Of a stretch of DNA of 64,000 nucleotides, positions 7,759-17,728 are shown one piece after another. Source of the stretch: Gammaproteobacteria bacterium (GTDB taxonomy: Bacteria; Pseudomonadota; Gammaproteobacteria; HyVt-429); NCBI GenBank assembly GCA_013152415.1, contig JAADGI010000019.1:130000-193999 (forward strand). The letters run 5' to 3'. The notes below the pieces were generated by a model. It did no database searches. It was not told the origin of the DNA and was given only the letters and a program-made list of their open reading frames with translations. Numbering within the stretch: the stretch's first letter is position 1; every line of letters starts with the position of its first letter. A program made the translations under genes and the position numbers.

Positions 7759-10700
7759 CTAGTGACGTAGCGTGAGCCCTGGATCCCCTAACAAAATATA
7801 GATTTTTGGAATGTAGGCAAAACTTCCAGTTCTTGCTCGATACTCTCCTAAACTCTGCACAATGGCCTCACCCAGAGTTTCCGTACCGGTGTCAAAAACC
7901 GCCTGGAAGAGCTCCTGGTTTAAGCGCAATGCCTCACTGTCCAAAGATTGCCCTGACGGCGCCCAAACCGCGATCGCACCGCCCCCACTACGCAACACCA
8001 AGTCTTCACCGAGGGCATTGAATCCTGGGATCTCAAAACGTCCTACTGAACACGTCAGGGCACTGACTATCGGGTAGAGGTCATTTACCAAGGTGGGCAC
8101 ATCGCTGGACATCAACAGGGCATTTAATCGATCCAGGCCACCGTGGCCACGATAATTGAGCCAACTGGTCCCCTGTGCCAAACCATCAAAAAGGCGGTTT
8201 CGGGCCTGGTCTATAGGCAAACTGTCGGAAAGATATATCTTATCAACGCTGATATTTTGCGGTAGCAAGGTCAACAGTGCATTGCTGTCCACGGCAAACT
8301 CTCCTGCACTTTGATCTCGCTTGTCGGCAAGCATCGTCACGCTCGAGAGGGTTGTGCTGGCCTCGTAGCGCTTAATCTTATCGATGACGACAGCGAGCTC
8401 CCCCGCATTAAGTACAGGTATACGCCCGATAGCAAATTCGGGCACACCGTCGTCACCTACAACATCTGCATAGGCATTATCGGAGGCCATAATGCCACCG
8501 AAGGGTGTTGCCACCAGCAACGGTGGTAACAAATTTCCACCTACCTGCCAATGATCAAGATAATCAAAGGTGCCATCACCCACCAACACTACGAATCGAG
8601 GCACACCGGACCAAGCGTGACGGACATACTCCAGCATGGACTTAATCGCCACCGGCGATCTTAAACCGTACCCAAAGGTATTGTAGACGTCTTCCAGCGA
8701 AACCACCTTGCTGCTCAATCCCTGGGCTTGCCTGTAATCGGCCAGTACCTGGGCCCCTGCCATCAGAGATTGTGGGGCGATAAGCAGGTAATCGGCACTA
8801 TTTCGCCGACGCTTCAGATGCGTAGCTTTTTCGGCAACCATGGCGATTGCAGACTTGGCTGCGGTATTGGCGACAACAAAATATTCCGCAGTCGGCGACG
8901 AGGGCCGAAAGCTGACTTGATAAGCTGTACCCGCCTGCTGAACCCGAACACCCTTAATGCGTTTAGGCCTGTTTGGGCGCGAAATATCCAGCACAAAGAT
9001 ATTGGTGTCTGAAAAGCCCGTCACCGTGATCACCTCGTTACCATCACCGCGTAACAGAAGTTGATTGTTGAGCGCCCGATAACTACGGTGATAATTCAAT
9101 TCCAAACTGTCAAGATAGACATAACTGTAGGCGACGCCTGTATCCAGCAAACCACCCAGCTCAATACTGTTGTCCCCTTCTTGCAGCAAATCCTGACTGA
9201 AACTAAATGTTAGCGTGGCTGCATCGGTGCCCGACAGGTAGCCGTCCCCCACCCGCTGGCCATTGACATCCACTTTGATGTGGTGATCAAGTTCAACTTT
9301 TGCGTCGTTACTGTAACCTTGAAGATTGACATTTAAGCTCACTTCGTCCGTTACACTGGCAAGCTCAGCGGCCTGAATGGTAAATACCTTGCTTGCGGCC
9401 CCGGCAATAATCACGTCCCAATGCCAGAAGTCACCCGCAGGATCGGTAGCGGTCACGGTGACCGGAACCACGTCCTGTTCGGCCTGAACCCGACTCAAAA
9501 AACTCTGCCCATCGGGTGCAGGGCCTGTCCTCCTGCCTTTCCTGGAATGCACCTGTTTGCCCTTGCCGCGAGACAACCAATAGACATTCTCATCGGTAAA
9601 ATTACTTTCCAGCGCCTCGGCATAGAAATAGAGCCCGGTGTTAGCTCGGGCCTTGATATAGGCCACAGATTTACCCCGGTTAGTGAGCCTTATCCGCCTG
9701 TGCTTTAATAACTTCCGGAACTGAGCGGACCCAAGCCCCAGCAAATCAGCAGCTTGTGCAGCATCCACGTAGTAAAGGCCCGCCTCTTTAACTGTGATCT
9801 TTACCCGTCCCCGACCTCGGTCCCGGTTTCGATGCTTTTCCTTCTTCAGTTTTGCGTGCCTTTTGGCAAGCTTGCTCTTGTCCAGGCGCTTGAGTTGCTT
9901 TGGGGATATCTCTTGGGCGTGGTGCGCATATTTCTTGCCCATCCGCTTGGCCCGCTTGTAGCCAGACGGCTTATCTGACACATAGCCCTCGCCATCCACG
10001 GTGACTGTAAATGGCCCATAGCGATGTTTTTTGCCGGTCGCTTCTACTTCAATCAATTTATAGCGGTATGTTTCTCCCGATACCGCACCTGAATCCATAA
10101 AGACGTAAGATCCTCCCTGCGGGGTATTGAGCAATGCGGGCAATATTTCATCATTGATCCGTTTGTATTTACCGGTATCCGGATCCTTTCGCTTTAAATG
10201 AAATCCCAAGGTCCCTATCTGCGAGGTCGTACGCCATTCAAGCTGTGTCCCACCATCCACAGTTCGCGCCATAAAAGACGCCAGGGAAACATAAGTTGTG
10301 CCACGCGGCTTAAAGGCGCACTCGACTGCTTCATAGTCCCCTGCCCCTCTGCTATTTGAACTGCGACCACCATGTAACGGCCAGCCTTCGGTGCCACTGC
10401 CTGTATCCGTCACCTGAGCAACCGCCACCGTCGGGCCACCGGGGCTGGCGGGTATGATGATTTCCCACAGCCGATTGCGGATGCGGTTGGGACCGGCGTT
10501 ACCGGTCAAACCGTAGAGCGTGGACGTAGCGGTGGCGCTGTTGTAGGCAAAGCTGAGACCTTCCATGTCTGCCGTGGTGCCTCCGCCATCGGCAAACGCG
10601 CCATAATCAACTGGCGCCACCGTGTTGGAACCGGAAGTCCAGTCAACTGCGTAGAGGTTACTGGGACTGCTGATCCAGAAACGGCCATAGCCCGAGGCAT

Positions 10701-11922
10701 TGGGATTTACATTCACCGGATCAATGCCAAGATCATCGGCCCGGGTCAGTCCTGATGAATTGCTGATGGTGATGTAATCAATACCCGCACCGAAGGTATC
10801 CGTTGCCATCTGACCTTCATTGGCACCGGAGGTCTCCACCACAAACAAAATCCGGGAACCCGAATTGCTACCGCTTTCGGGGGTATCAAGGGCAAACATC
10901 AAACCGGTATAAGGGTCAAAGGCCATGGCATCTACATCGGTGACGATACCAGAAGAAGTGCTGCCATCGGAGCCTGAACCAATGGGATTGAGCAACGGAA
11001 AAGTCGCACCCGAGGAGCGGTCAACCCGATAGATCTGGCCGCCGCTGGCGGTATAAAGCGTGCCGTCATCGGGGTCCATGGCCATAGTCTCGGCACCCCT
11101 GACACCATTGGCACCGACTACACAACTGCGACCGGTGTTGATATTGGCATCGGGGTTACCGCCGACACATTCAACCGGATCGGCAGCCGTTGGATTATCA
11201 TCAATGAGGTGGGTATAACGTAATAGATTGTCAGCATCCGAAATCAGATAGCAGATTTGACTCACAGGGGGTGCCAAATAGCCGGCAAATTCGACATGCA
11301 AGCGGGCAGCCTGGGTACGCCTGCCATTATAGGACTCTGCGGTACGCTGGCATGCGCTAGAGGCACAAGCACTACCCGCTTGAATAACAAATGTCATCGC
11401 GTTGCCGGCACTCCAACCACTGCGGTCGACAATTTCCTGGACGATGCTGGTCAGATCAGGGGTCCTTTTGTGCTCATCGTCACTATCGGCGACGTTCCAG
11501 GGACTGATTGACGACCAGGGGACGGTTGCCGAGGTCAGTGTACGACCTGAAATATTGTCGCTGGTGCTGAAGGTGACTGAATTGTCTGTATCTTCGCCGT
11601 TGATCACCACATTGGTGGCACCACTATCATTTTCATCTACGGTAAATTCGATATAGGCACGGGTAATACTTGTACCCTGGGGAACCTGTAAGTCCTGAAA
11701 TCGCATACCAACAAGTTGTTGGGTACTGCCATCAAAGACCAGCTCCAAATCAGAACTGGTGATGTACATGGAACCGGGGGGTGAACCTGAAAATTGCTCT
11801 TCCGCGTCGTCGGTACTCTGACTGACAATACGGTCGAGCTGGACCGCACTGGCAGGGACGCTGAATCCTAGCAGCAGTAAGCTCAGAAAAAACACCCCCC
11901 ATCTGCGGGAGGCCAGGATCAT
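7759..11922 (-). CDS. large secreted peptidase C25 (gingipain/clostripain-fold)-like protein
   Basis: Signal peptide MILASRRWGVFFLSLLLLGFSVPASA, so the start is taken at the internal Met. The C-terminal about 450 aa show NYRGHG (His) followed by SALTCSVGRFE (Cys), the order expected for the C25 His/Cys dyad. A central, extremely basic K/R-rich linker reads KRAKRMGKKYAHH...KLKKEKHRNRDRGRGR. Confidence 0.7.
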   Translation of the reverse strand: MILASRRWGVFFLSLLLLGFSVPASAVQLDRIVSQSTDDAEEQFSGSPPGSMYITSSDLELVFDGSTQQLVGMRFQDLQVPQGTSITRAYIEFTVDENDSGATNVVINGEDTDNSVTFSTSDNISGRTLTSATVPWSSISPWNVADSDDEHKRTPDLTSIVQEIVDRSGWSAGNAMTFVIQAGSACASSACQRTAESYNGRRTQAARLHVEFAGYLAPPVSQICYLISDADNLLRYTHLIDDNPTAADPVECVGGNPDANINTGRSCVVGANGVRGAETMAMDPDDGTLYTASGGQIYRVDRSSGATFPLLNPIGSGSDGSTSSGIVTDVDAMAFDPYTGLMFALDTPESGSNSGSRILFVVETSGANEGQMATDTFGAGIDYITISNSSGLTRADDLGIDPVNVNPNASGYGRFWISSPSNLYAVDWTSGSNTVAPVDYGAFADGGGTTADMEGLSFAYNSATATSTLYGLTGNAGPNRIRNRLWEIIIPASPGGPTVAVAQVTDTGSGTEGWPLHGGRSSNSRGAGDYEAVECAFKPRGTTYVSLASFMARTVDGGTQLEWRTTSQIGTLGFHLKRKDPDTGKYKRINDEILPALLNTPQGGSYVFMDSGAVSGETYRYKLIEVEATGKKHRYGPFTVTVDGEGYVSDKPSGYKRAKRMGKKYAHHAQEISPKQLKRLDKSKLAKRHAKLKKEKHRNRDRGRGRVKITVKEAGLYYVDAAQAADLLGLGSAQFRKLLKHRRIRLTNRGKSVAYIKARANTGLYFYAEALESNFTDENVYWLSRGKGKQVHSRKGRRTGPAPDGQSFLSRVQAEQDVVPVTVTATDPAGDFWHWDVIIAGAASKVFTIQAAELASVTDEVSLNVNLQGYSNDAKVELDHHIKVDVNGQRVGDGYLSGTDAATLTFSFSQDLLQEGDNSIELGGLLDTGVAYSYVYLDSLELNYHRSYRALNNQLLLRGDGNEVITVTGFSDTNIFVLDISRPNRPKRIKGVRVQQAGTAYQVSFRPSSPTAEYFVVANTAAKSAIAMVAEKATHLKRRRNSADYLLIAPQSLMAGAQVLADYRQAQGLSSKVVSLEDVYNTFGYGLRSPVAIKSMLEYVRHAWSGVPRFVVLVGDGTFDYLDHWQVGGNLLPPLLVATPFGGIMASDNAYADVVGDDGVPEFAIGRIPVLNAGELAVVIDKIKRYEASTTLSSVTMLADKRDQSAGEFAVDSNALLTLLPQNISVDKIYLSDSLPIDQARNRLFDGLAQGTSWLNYRGHGGLDRLNALLMSSDVPTLVNDLYPIVSALTCSVGRFEIPGFNALGEDLVLRSGGGAIAVWAPSGQSLDSEALRLNQELFQAVFDTGTETLGEAIVQSLGEYRARTGSFAYIPKIYILLGDPGLTLRH

Positions 11923-12566
11923 GCGGGGTGTCTGTTTTAATGAAAAACACGAAAACAAGACGGAGAGCGGTTGCAAAATACCCAACCCAGAGGAAAGATT
12001 CAGATCACGTGGGAACGGTAGGCTATTTTTCATGGTCATACCCCGATATTGGCTCGGCGGTCCCTGCGACCAAGTGCATGGTGCATCAAAATCAGGAAGT
12101 TCGCATTATCAAGGTGCCGCGTATGTGTGCCTGCCTGGTCTACCGGACCCTTGCTGCGGCAAACATTGCACCCTCAGATAATAGCGAAAAACCCACTAAT
12201 AATATGGTATTACTGCCCTGACTTAAACCAAAGTATAACCCAAACTGGCGCTGTTCCCCAGTCTTCCTGGGCCATGGTTTAGAGGGGGCTTGAATCTGTG
12301 CCCGGGCCATCAATGTAGACACAAAACCTGCACCGCTGCTTCCTTATCGACTGAAAATGGGAAATCTTTAAGCCAGGACTCACTCCCTGGGCCCAAGCCC
12401 AACCATATCAAAACCCATGACACACTGGGTCCTTTATGGATAAACTCTCCCCCCCATTGGCCCGAATGGGCACAGAGGTGTGAGACTATGTTTTGCGCGT
12501 ACCCTCAAATCCGGGAAAGGGCATTTCGCCAGATCAAATCAGCTTAGCTTGTGACGATAAATCAGT

Positions 12567-13709
12567 TTGACCCCTCTACCCGTTTACTTAGACATACTCT
12601 CTGGCCATCTGGCTTCTGAAGACTATAACCTGCCCAGGCACTGGCATGAGCACGATTGGCAGCGTTACCTGGACCTGGCTCAAAACCATGGTGTATTACC
12701 CCTTGTCCAGGACCGATTATTAAACGCAAACCATACCGTACAATCCCCACCTTCCATAAGGTCTGCCATTGAACAAGGCCTAAAAAACCAGGCCATCCTG
12801 GAAATTCTGCAAACACTGGAACTACAACGTGTTTTAGGTGCATTTAATAAAAACAACACCCCGGTCCTGGTGTTTAAGGGGGGTGCCCTTGCCCACAGCC
12901 ACTATCCCGAGGCCAAACTACGCCCCCGGGATGATACTGACCTGTTAATTGGGCAATCAAATCGTGAACAATCTGCAGAAATTCTTGAGGTACTTGGCTA
13001 TAGCGCCCAAAACACCATTAGTGGACGTCGCATCATGCACCAGTGTAACTATAGCTATACCGATCAGCAGGGCTGTCCCCATGTGGTCGACTTACACTGG
13101 CGCCTGAGTAATCCGACTGCGTTTTCTGAGCTGTTGGATTTTGAGAGTCTGTGGCAACGCTCGGTGCTGATTCCAGTTCTTGGCCAAGGTGCACGGTGTC
13201 CGACCCAAGTCGATGCGCTATTGATTGCATGCATCCATCGTCTCGCCCATCACCACAATAATCATCGATTGATCTGGCTGATGGACATTCACCTGCTGCT
13301 AACGGCTCTCAGCAAGTCGGAGTCATTGGAATTTGCCCGACGGGCACGAGAGATCGGCGTAGCAGCCATTTGTACGCAGGGGCTAAAACTCAGCCGGGAC
13401 TATTTTAACACCAAGCTCTCTCCCGCCCTGCTCAAAATACTGTCCCAAACCGAAGCCACGAAGGTAAGTAAGGCAGAGAGCCATACCCGTAAATACCTTA
13501 ACAAAGATAGAAGCCACTGGGATAACTACATAGATGACTTGCGTGCGCTACCACACTGGCGGGCCCGAGTGGCTTATCTTCACGAGACCTTGTTCCCGGA
13601 TGCAGATTACTTGCTCGGTCGCTACAATACCCGCCACCGAATCTTACTGCCCATACTGTATCTGTATCGCCTGCTACGTGGCTTTCTCAGGCTACTGCAA
13701 AAACGCTAG
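12567..13709 (+). CDS. uncharacterised nucleotidyltransferase-family protein (PF14907-like)
   Basis: 380 aa with a TTG start. The N-terminal region (LDLAQNHGVLPLVQDRL) and central NTase-like segment (VLVFKGGALAHSHYPEAKLRPRDDTDLLI) resemble the family that co-occurs with PqqD/radical SAM/HprK-like cassettes. It is divergent from the C25-like gene. Confidence 0.6.
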   Translation: MTPLPVYLDILSGHLASEDYNLPRHWHEHDWQRYLDLAQNHGVLPLVQDRLLNANHTVQSPPSIRSAIEQGLKNQAILEILQTLELQRVLGAFNKNNTPVLVFKGGALAHSHYPEAKLRPRDDTDLLIGQSNREQSAEILEVLGYSAQNTISGRRIMHQCNYSYTDQQGCPHVVDLHWRLSNPTAFSELLDFESLWQRSVLIPVLGQGARCPTQVDALLIACIHRLAHHHNNHRLIWLMDIHLLLTALSKSESLEFARRAREIGVAAICTQGLKLSRDYFNTKLSPALLKILSQTEATKVSKAESHTRKYLNKDRSHWDNYIDDLRALPHWRARVAYLHETLFPDADYLLGRYNTRHRILLPILYLYRLLRGFLRLLQKR

Positions 13710-13747
13710 GCATATGGCCACACCTGAGCAAGCCGACGTCGACTAAC

Positions 13748-14566
13748 CTAATAGCCTTGAGATTCAGGGTCGAGATTCAGATCGTAACTATCAAGCCGCT
13801 CTACCCGAGTCTCGATCCTGCCATCGGGAAAAAGATCCAGTCGGCGATAACCGGGAGGTGCGGTATCCACCGTAAAATCGCTACTGAGAGGTTTAAACTG
13901 AAAACAGGTGGACGGTGAGCTGAGTAACTGCACACCATTGCGTTGTTGGGCCAACTTCTGATGCACATGCCCCCAAACGACTGCCTTCACTTGTGGGTGC
14001 CGATCTAATACTGCAAACAAGGCATCACTATTGTTAAGCCCGATGGGCTCCATCCAATCACTACCCATAGTGACAGGGTGATGGTGCAAACACACCAAGG
14101 CATGCTTGTCGGGAAATTCAGTCAACCACTCCTCTAACTTCTTCAGTTCCGCTTCACCTAATTCACCATGTACATGGTCAGAAACGGTGCTGTCCAACAA
14201 AATAATCTGCCAAAACCCCAATTCGATACGCTTATCGGCACTCACCTGACCCCCGGTCAGGGTATCTTGCATCATGGTAAGGTTGTCGTGATTGCCTGGA
14301 ATCCAGTAGGTCGGCACCTTCAGAGACGCAAAATTGCTTTGCAATCTCCTGTAAGTCTCTTTGCCCCCGTCTTGGGCCAAATCACCCGTGGCCAACACCA
14401 CATCCGGCGGCCATTCATCTTCTTGCGCCCAACCGAGGACGGTCTCAAAGCTTTTCTGAGTGTCCACCCCCATCAGTGTTTGATGGGGCGCTTCGAATAG
14501 GTGAAAATCCGAGATCTGCAGGACGCGGATGGGCCCATCCACGGTATCAGATTTTTTGAAGTCCAT
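13748..14566 (-). CDS. cpdA: 3',5'-cyclic-nucleotide phosphodiesterase (metallophosphoesterase)
   Basis: IRVLQISDFHLF, GDLAQDG, GNHD and VWGHVHQ are calcineurin-like metal-binding motifs. The length of 272 aa fits CpdA. Confidence 0.85.
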   Translation of the reverse strand: MDFKKSDTVDGPIRVLQISDFHLFEAPHQTLMGVDTQKSFETVLGWAQEDEWPPDVVLATGDLAQDGGKETYRRLQSNFASLKVPTYWIPGNHDNLTMMQDTLTGGQVSADKRIELGFWQIILLDSTVSDHVHGELGEAELKKLEEWLTEFPDKHALVCLHHHPVTMGSDWMEPIGLNNSDALFAVLDRHPQVKAVVWGHVHQKLAQQRNGVQLLSSPSTCFQFKPLSSDFTVDTAPPGYRRLDLFPDGRIETRVERLDSYDLNLDPESQGY

Positions 14567-14751
14567 AGGCAGATCGTTTTCTATGAAAGATTAAAAGACC
14601 CTAATATTCTCAAAGGCTTAGCACCGTTCCGAGTGTACACAATTTACCCGTTCGTCTCACCCCGTGGGGAGGGCCATCTTTATCTCTTGGGTCCTGGCAC
14701 ACATATTGCTGAATCATAGCCTGAGCATAGGCCGGTTGACAGGAGATTAAG

Positions 14752-15615
14752 ATGATAGGCTCAAACGCACCGATAACAGTATCCAATGACAGCCAAGTCA
14801 ATGGCAGCCAGGGGATCCAGCAAAACCGTGTCAATGCAGGCACTGACGCTGGTGAAACCCCGTTTTCCAATGTCTTCAGCCAGCAATTAAACATGTTCCG
14901 GCTCGGCCAGATGTCGGCCTTGCAGAATATGATGACCCCCTCGATGATGACCGCAGGGGGGCAAGGACTTGCCAACTTTGGCCAATTCTTGCCGGGCATG
15001 TACGGTGCTAACCCACCGTCGCCGGTCACCATAATCAATTACAATTTCTTCAACCTGTCGGAGTCTCTTGGCAGTCCAGAGCAGGCGGATTTGGCACAGC
15101 TCCTGAAGTCCGTGGATCTTAACCAACTCACTGCCGAACCCGGTGTGGATTCGGTTACCGGCCTGAGCAGCGAGCCCCCAGAACTGGCACCTCTGTCATC
15201 CCTACCAACTGCACAAACAGGCAGCGTTAGCATTCCCACAACTCCGGAAGAATTGGGTGGAAAGCTGGCGGAGCGCCTGGCTGCACTGGCGCGGGGTGGT
15301 GATACCGAAATCAAGGCCACAATCGACCATGATGTCTATGGCCCCATCAGCGTAGATGTATCGATACAGGACAACCGGATCACCCTGAATCTATCCACCG
15401 AAGATGCGGGCCTGCGTGCTGCCCTGGAAGCGGCCACAGAGAGCCTCAATAAAAACGTCGCCAGTCAAGGTCTGACACTTGCAGGCTTTACAGTAAACGG
15501 GCTCACCAGCACCGTCGGCAGTGGTGGGACAAGCAGCAATCAGGCTGTGGCCAGCCTGTACAGCTCAATCAATGCCGCATCTTCACCCTTGGATCTAATC
15601 AATAGCACCTCTTAG
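14752..15615 (+). CDS. FliK-like (hook-length control, Flg_hook C-terminal domain) protein
   Basis: The C-terminal EELGGKLAERLAALARGGDTEIKATIDHDVYGPISVDVSIQDNRITLNLSTEDAGLRAALEAATESLNKNVASQGLTLAGFTV matches the FliK/YscP C-domain pattern. The N-terminus is low-complexity and Gln/Pro-rich. No other flagellar genes lie nearby. Confidence 0.45.
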   Translation: MIGSNAPITVSNDSQVNGSQGIQQNRVNAGTDAGETPFSNVFSQQLNMFRLGQMSALQNMMTPSMMTAGGQGLANFGQFLPGMYGANPPSPVTIINYNFFNLSESLGSPEQADLAQLLKSVDLNQLTAEPGVDSVTGLSSEPPELAPLSSLPTAQTGSVSIPTTPEELGGKLAERLAALARGGDTEIKATIDHDVYGPISVDVSIQDNRITLNLSTEDAGLRAALEAATESLNKNVASQGLTLAGFTVNGLTSTVGSGGTSSNQAVASLYSSINAASSPLDLINSTS

Positions 15616-15682
15616 GTACCGCCCAAGCTGCCAGGAATAGGTAGGTGCGTATCAACGCCGGGCATTAAAGCCCGGCCTGATG

Positions 15683-17728
15683 TTAACGACCAAGCTGGGC
15701 CTTGTTGTGCCAATAATTTGAGGTCTTGGCATCCTTGGGCAGGCCATAGAGTCCGTCATGATAGGCTTGTGCCATAAACTCCTGGGCCTTACTGAACCCC
15801 GCCTCGGCTGCCTGCCTGACCAAACTCACCCCACGACGTGCATCACCCACCACACCTCTTCCTTCCACGTAGAGCAGAGCAAGATTATACAGTGCGGTTA
15901 AATGCCCCTGGTCTGCGGCACGCCGATACCATATGGATGCCAAACGATCGTTGCGCTCTACACCCCAACCACTTTCGTAGAGAAAACCCATGTTGTATTG
16001 GGCGCTGGCGAGCCCACCCTCGGCCAAGGGCTGCCACAGGGCCACCGCCTGATCATAGCGTCCCGCATTAAAGGCATTTTGCCCATCGCGAAGTAGTTTT
16101 CGTTGCAGGGCGTTGCCTGATTTGAGCTTTGTTGCTTTGCTCTTGGGTTTACCTTTTTCAACCACTAATTTCTTATCGGGCTGGACAGCCGGTTCTTTTT
16201 TCTTTTTCTTGGGTGTTGCGGATGTGGGTGCTTTGATAGATTGCTCACGTTTCTTGATGGCAAGGTGCACGGTCTTAAAAGACCGAATCCACGGTTTTCT
16301 ATCACGCAAGGACTGTGGCAATCCATCTCGAGCCTGTTTTGCCACCTGCAAAGTCTCAAAAGAACCGTATAAAAGAGAAAACCAGGGGCGTCCTTCGTGA
16401 CGTGACTCGAAATAAGCCAGTGGTGAACCAAGCGACTTGTTGACAACAAAGTCTTTCACCGAGCTTAACCTACGATCGGCAAAAATTTGTATCGTATAGT
16501 GCCTTGGATTACGCTTGAGCAACCAGGCCTCGTCGAGCAACTTCTCTCCTTCTGCAATAACCGACCCCTCATCTTCGTCACCTCTAACAAGCGGTGGTGG
16601 CGAAACGGGCTTCTCGGGCACTCTGGGTACTTGAATAGACGACTGCTTCGGCACTACTTTTTCCACCTTGGCGACGACGGGTTTGGTGGGTTCCTTGGAT
16701 TGGGGTGCAGATGGCGTCACTGGTTTCTTCTTAACACCCACAACAGGCTTAGCCTCAACAGAGCCACGCGCCATCAAGTCTTGCACCTCTGCAAATCGAC
16801 GTATCCACGCCCCCATAACTCTCAATTTTGGCGATAGCCCCTTAAGTGCCCGGTCGGCCTCTGCAAGTGTGGGATAAACCCCCTGAATCAGACTAAACCA
16901 GGGCTTACCCTGGTGCAGAACTTTAAAAAGGGCCACATCCCTTTTTAAATCATGCTCTTTAATGAAGGTCAAAATCGAGGCCTCAGTCCAATTGGCAAAG
17001 AGCTGGATGGTATAGTGGCCTGAATTCTGGACTGCAATCCAATCCCCACGGTGGATAGTGAATTTAGCCTGCTGCCCTGACTTCCCATCCCCGACAAGTT
17101 TGTGTTTCGCAATTACTTGCGGCTTTGCCTGGGTGATTTTTTGGGCCTGGGTGGTTTTTTTGGATGCTGAAGTCTTGCCAGCCAACTTTAAACGTTTTTC
17201 GGTGGACTTTAAGGCCTGAATCGCAGCCTTGTCACCTGTTTCAGCAGCCAGAACAAACCAATGCCGGGCTTGCTCCAGACTCATCTTGACGCCACGGCCA
17301 TAGAAATAAAGTGTCCCAAGATTATATTGGGCCTGGGCAAAGCCCTGCTCGGCGGCCTTCGTCCACCAACTCGCCGCAGTGGCTATATTCTTCTTAACTC
17401 CACGCCCAGCTTCGTACAACACACCTAGATTGAACTGGGCCGGTGGATAACCCTGCCCGGCAGCCTGTTCATATAATTTCGCGGCCTTGGAGTAGTCGCG
17501 CTTTACACTCTGGCCTTCTGCGTATAACACCCCCAGATTAAACTGGGCTGCAGCCTCACCCTTTTCTGCCAAGGGCTGCCATAACTTTTTGGCAGTTTTA
17601 AAATCCCCTTTTTGGTAGGCCATAACAGCATCTGCAAATCCATCGGCGTATAGGGGCGCCGCCAAATACACACCGATCAGCCAGATGATCAGGCCGAAGC
17701 TTCCTGTTTTTTTGATCATATCAAACAC
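15683..17728 (-). CDS. Sel1-repeat and SPOR-domain protein
   Basis: Sel1 repeats lie at both ends (AQFNLGVLYAEGQSVKRDYSKAAKLYEQAA..., AQYNMGFLYESGWGVERN...). Two internal SPOR-like domains are present (HYTIQLFANW...WIRRF and HYTIQIFADR...WIRSF). There is an N-terminal signal/TM segment and Lys/Pro-rich linkers. Confidence 0.75.
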   Translation of the reverse strand: MFDMIKKTGSFGLIIWLIGVYLAAPLYADGFADAVMAYQKGDFKTAKKLWQPLAEKGEAAAQFNLGVLYAEGQSVKRDYSKAAKLYEQAAGQGYPPAQFNLGVLYEAGRGVKKNIATAASWWTKAAEQGFAQAQYNLGTLYFYGRGVKMSLEQARHWFVLAAETGDKAAIQALKSTEKRLKLAGKTSASKKTTQAQKITQAKPQVIAKHKLVGDGKSGQQAKFTIHRGDWIAVQNSGHYTIQLFANWTEASILTFIKEHDLKRDVALFKVLHQGKPWFSLIQGVYPTLAEADRALKGLSPKLRVMGAWIRRFAEVQDLMARGSVEAKPVVGVKKKPVTPSAPQSKEPTKPVVAKVEKVVPKQSSIQVPRVPEKPVSPPPLVRGDEDEGSVIAEGEKLLDEAWLLKRNPRHYTIQIFADRRLSSVKDFVVNKSLGSPLAYFESRHEGRPWFSLLYGSFETLQVAKQARDGLPQSLRDRKPWIRSFKTVHLAIKKREQSIKAPTSATPKKKKKEPAVQPDKKLVVEKGKPKSKATKLKSGNALQRKLLRDGQNAFNAGRYDQAVALWQPLAEGGLASAQYNMGFLYESGWGVERNDRLASIWYRRAADQGHLTALYNLALLYVEGRGVVGDARRGVSLVRQAAEAGFSKAQEFMAQAYHDGLYGLPKDAKTSNYWHNKAQLGR

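Noticed and set aside
7806-11656. Numerous 60-120 aa plus-strand ORFs inside the C25-like gene and other large genes (alaS, rnr, kinases)
   Set aside because: They are embedded antisense in long, well-supported CDSs, lack RBSs and have no recognisable motifs. This is typical spurious antisense ORF behaviour.
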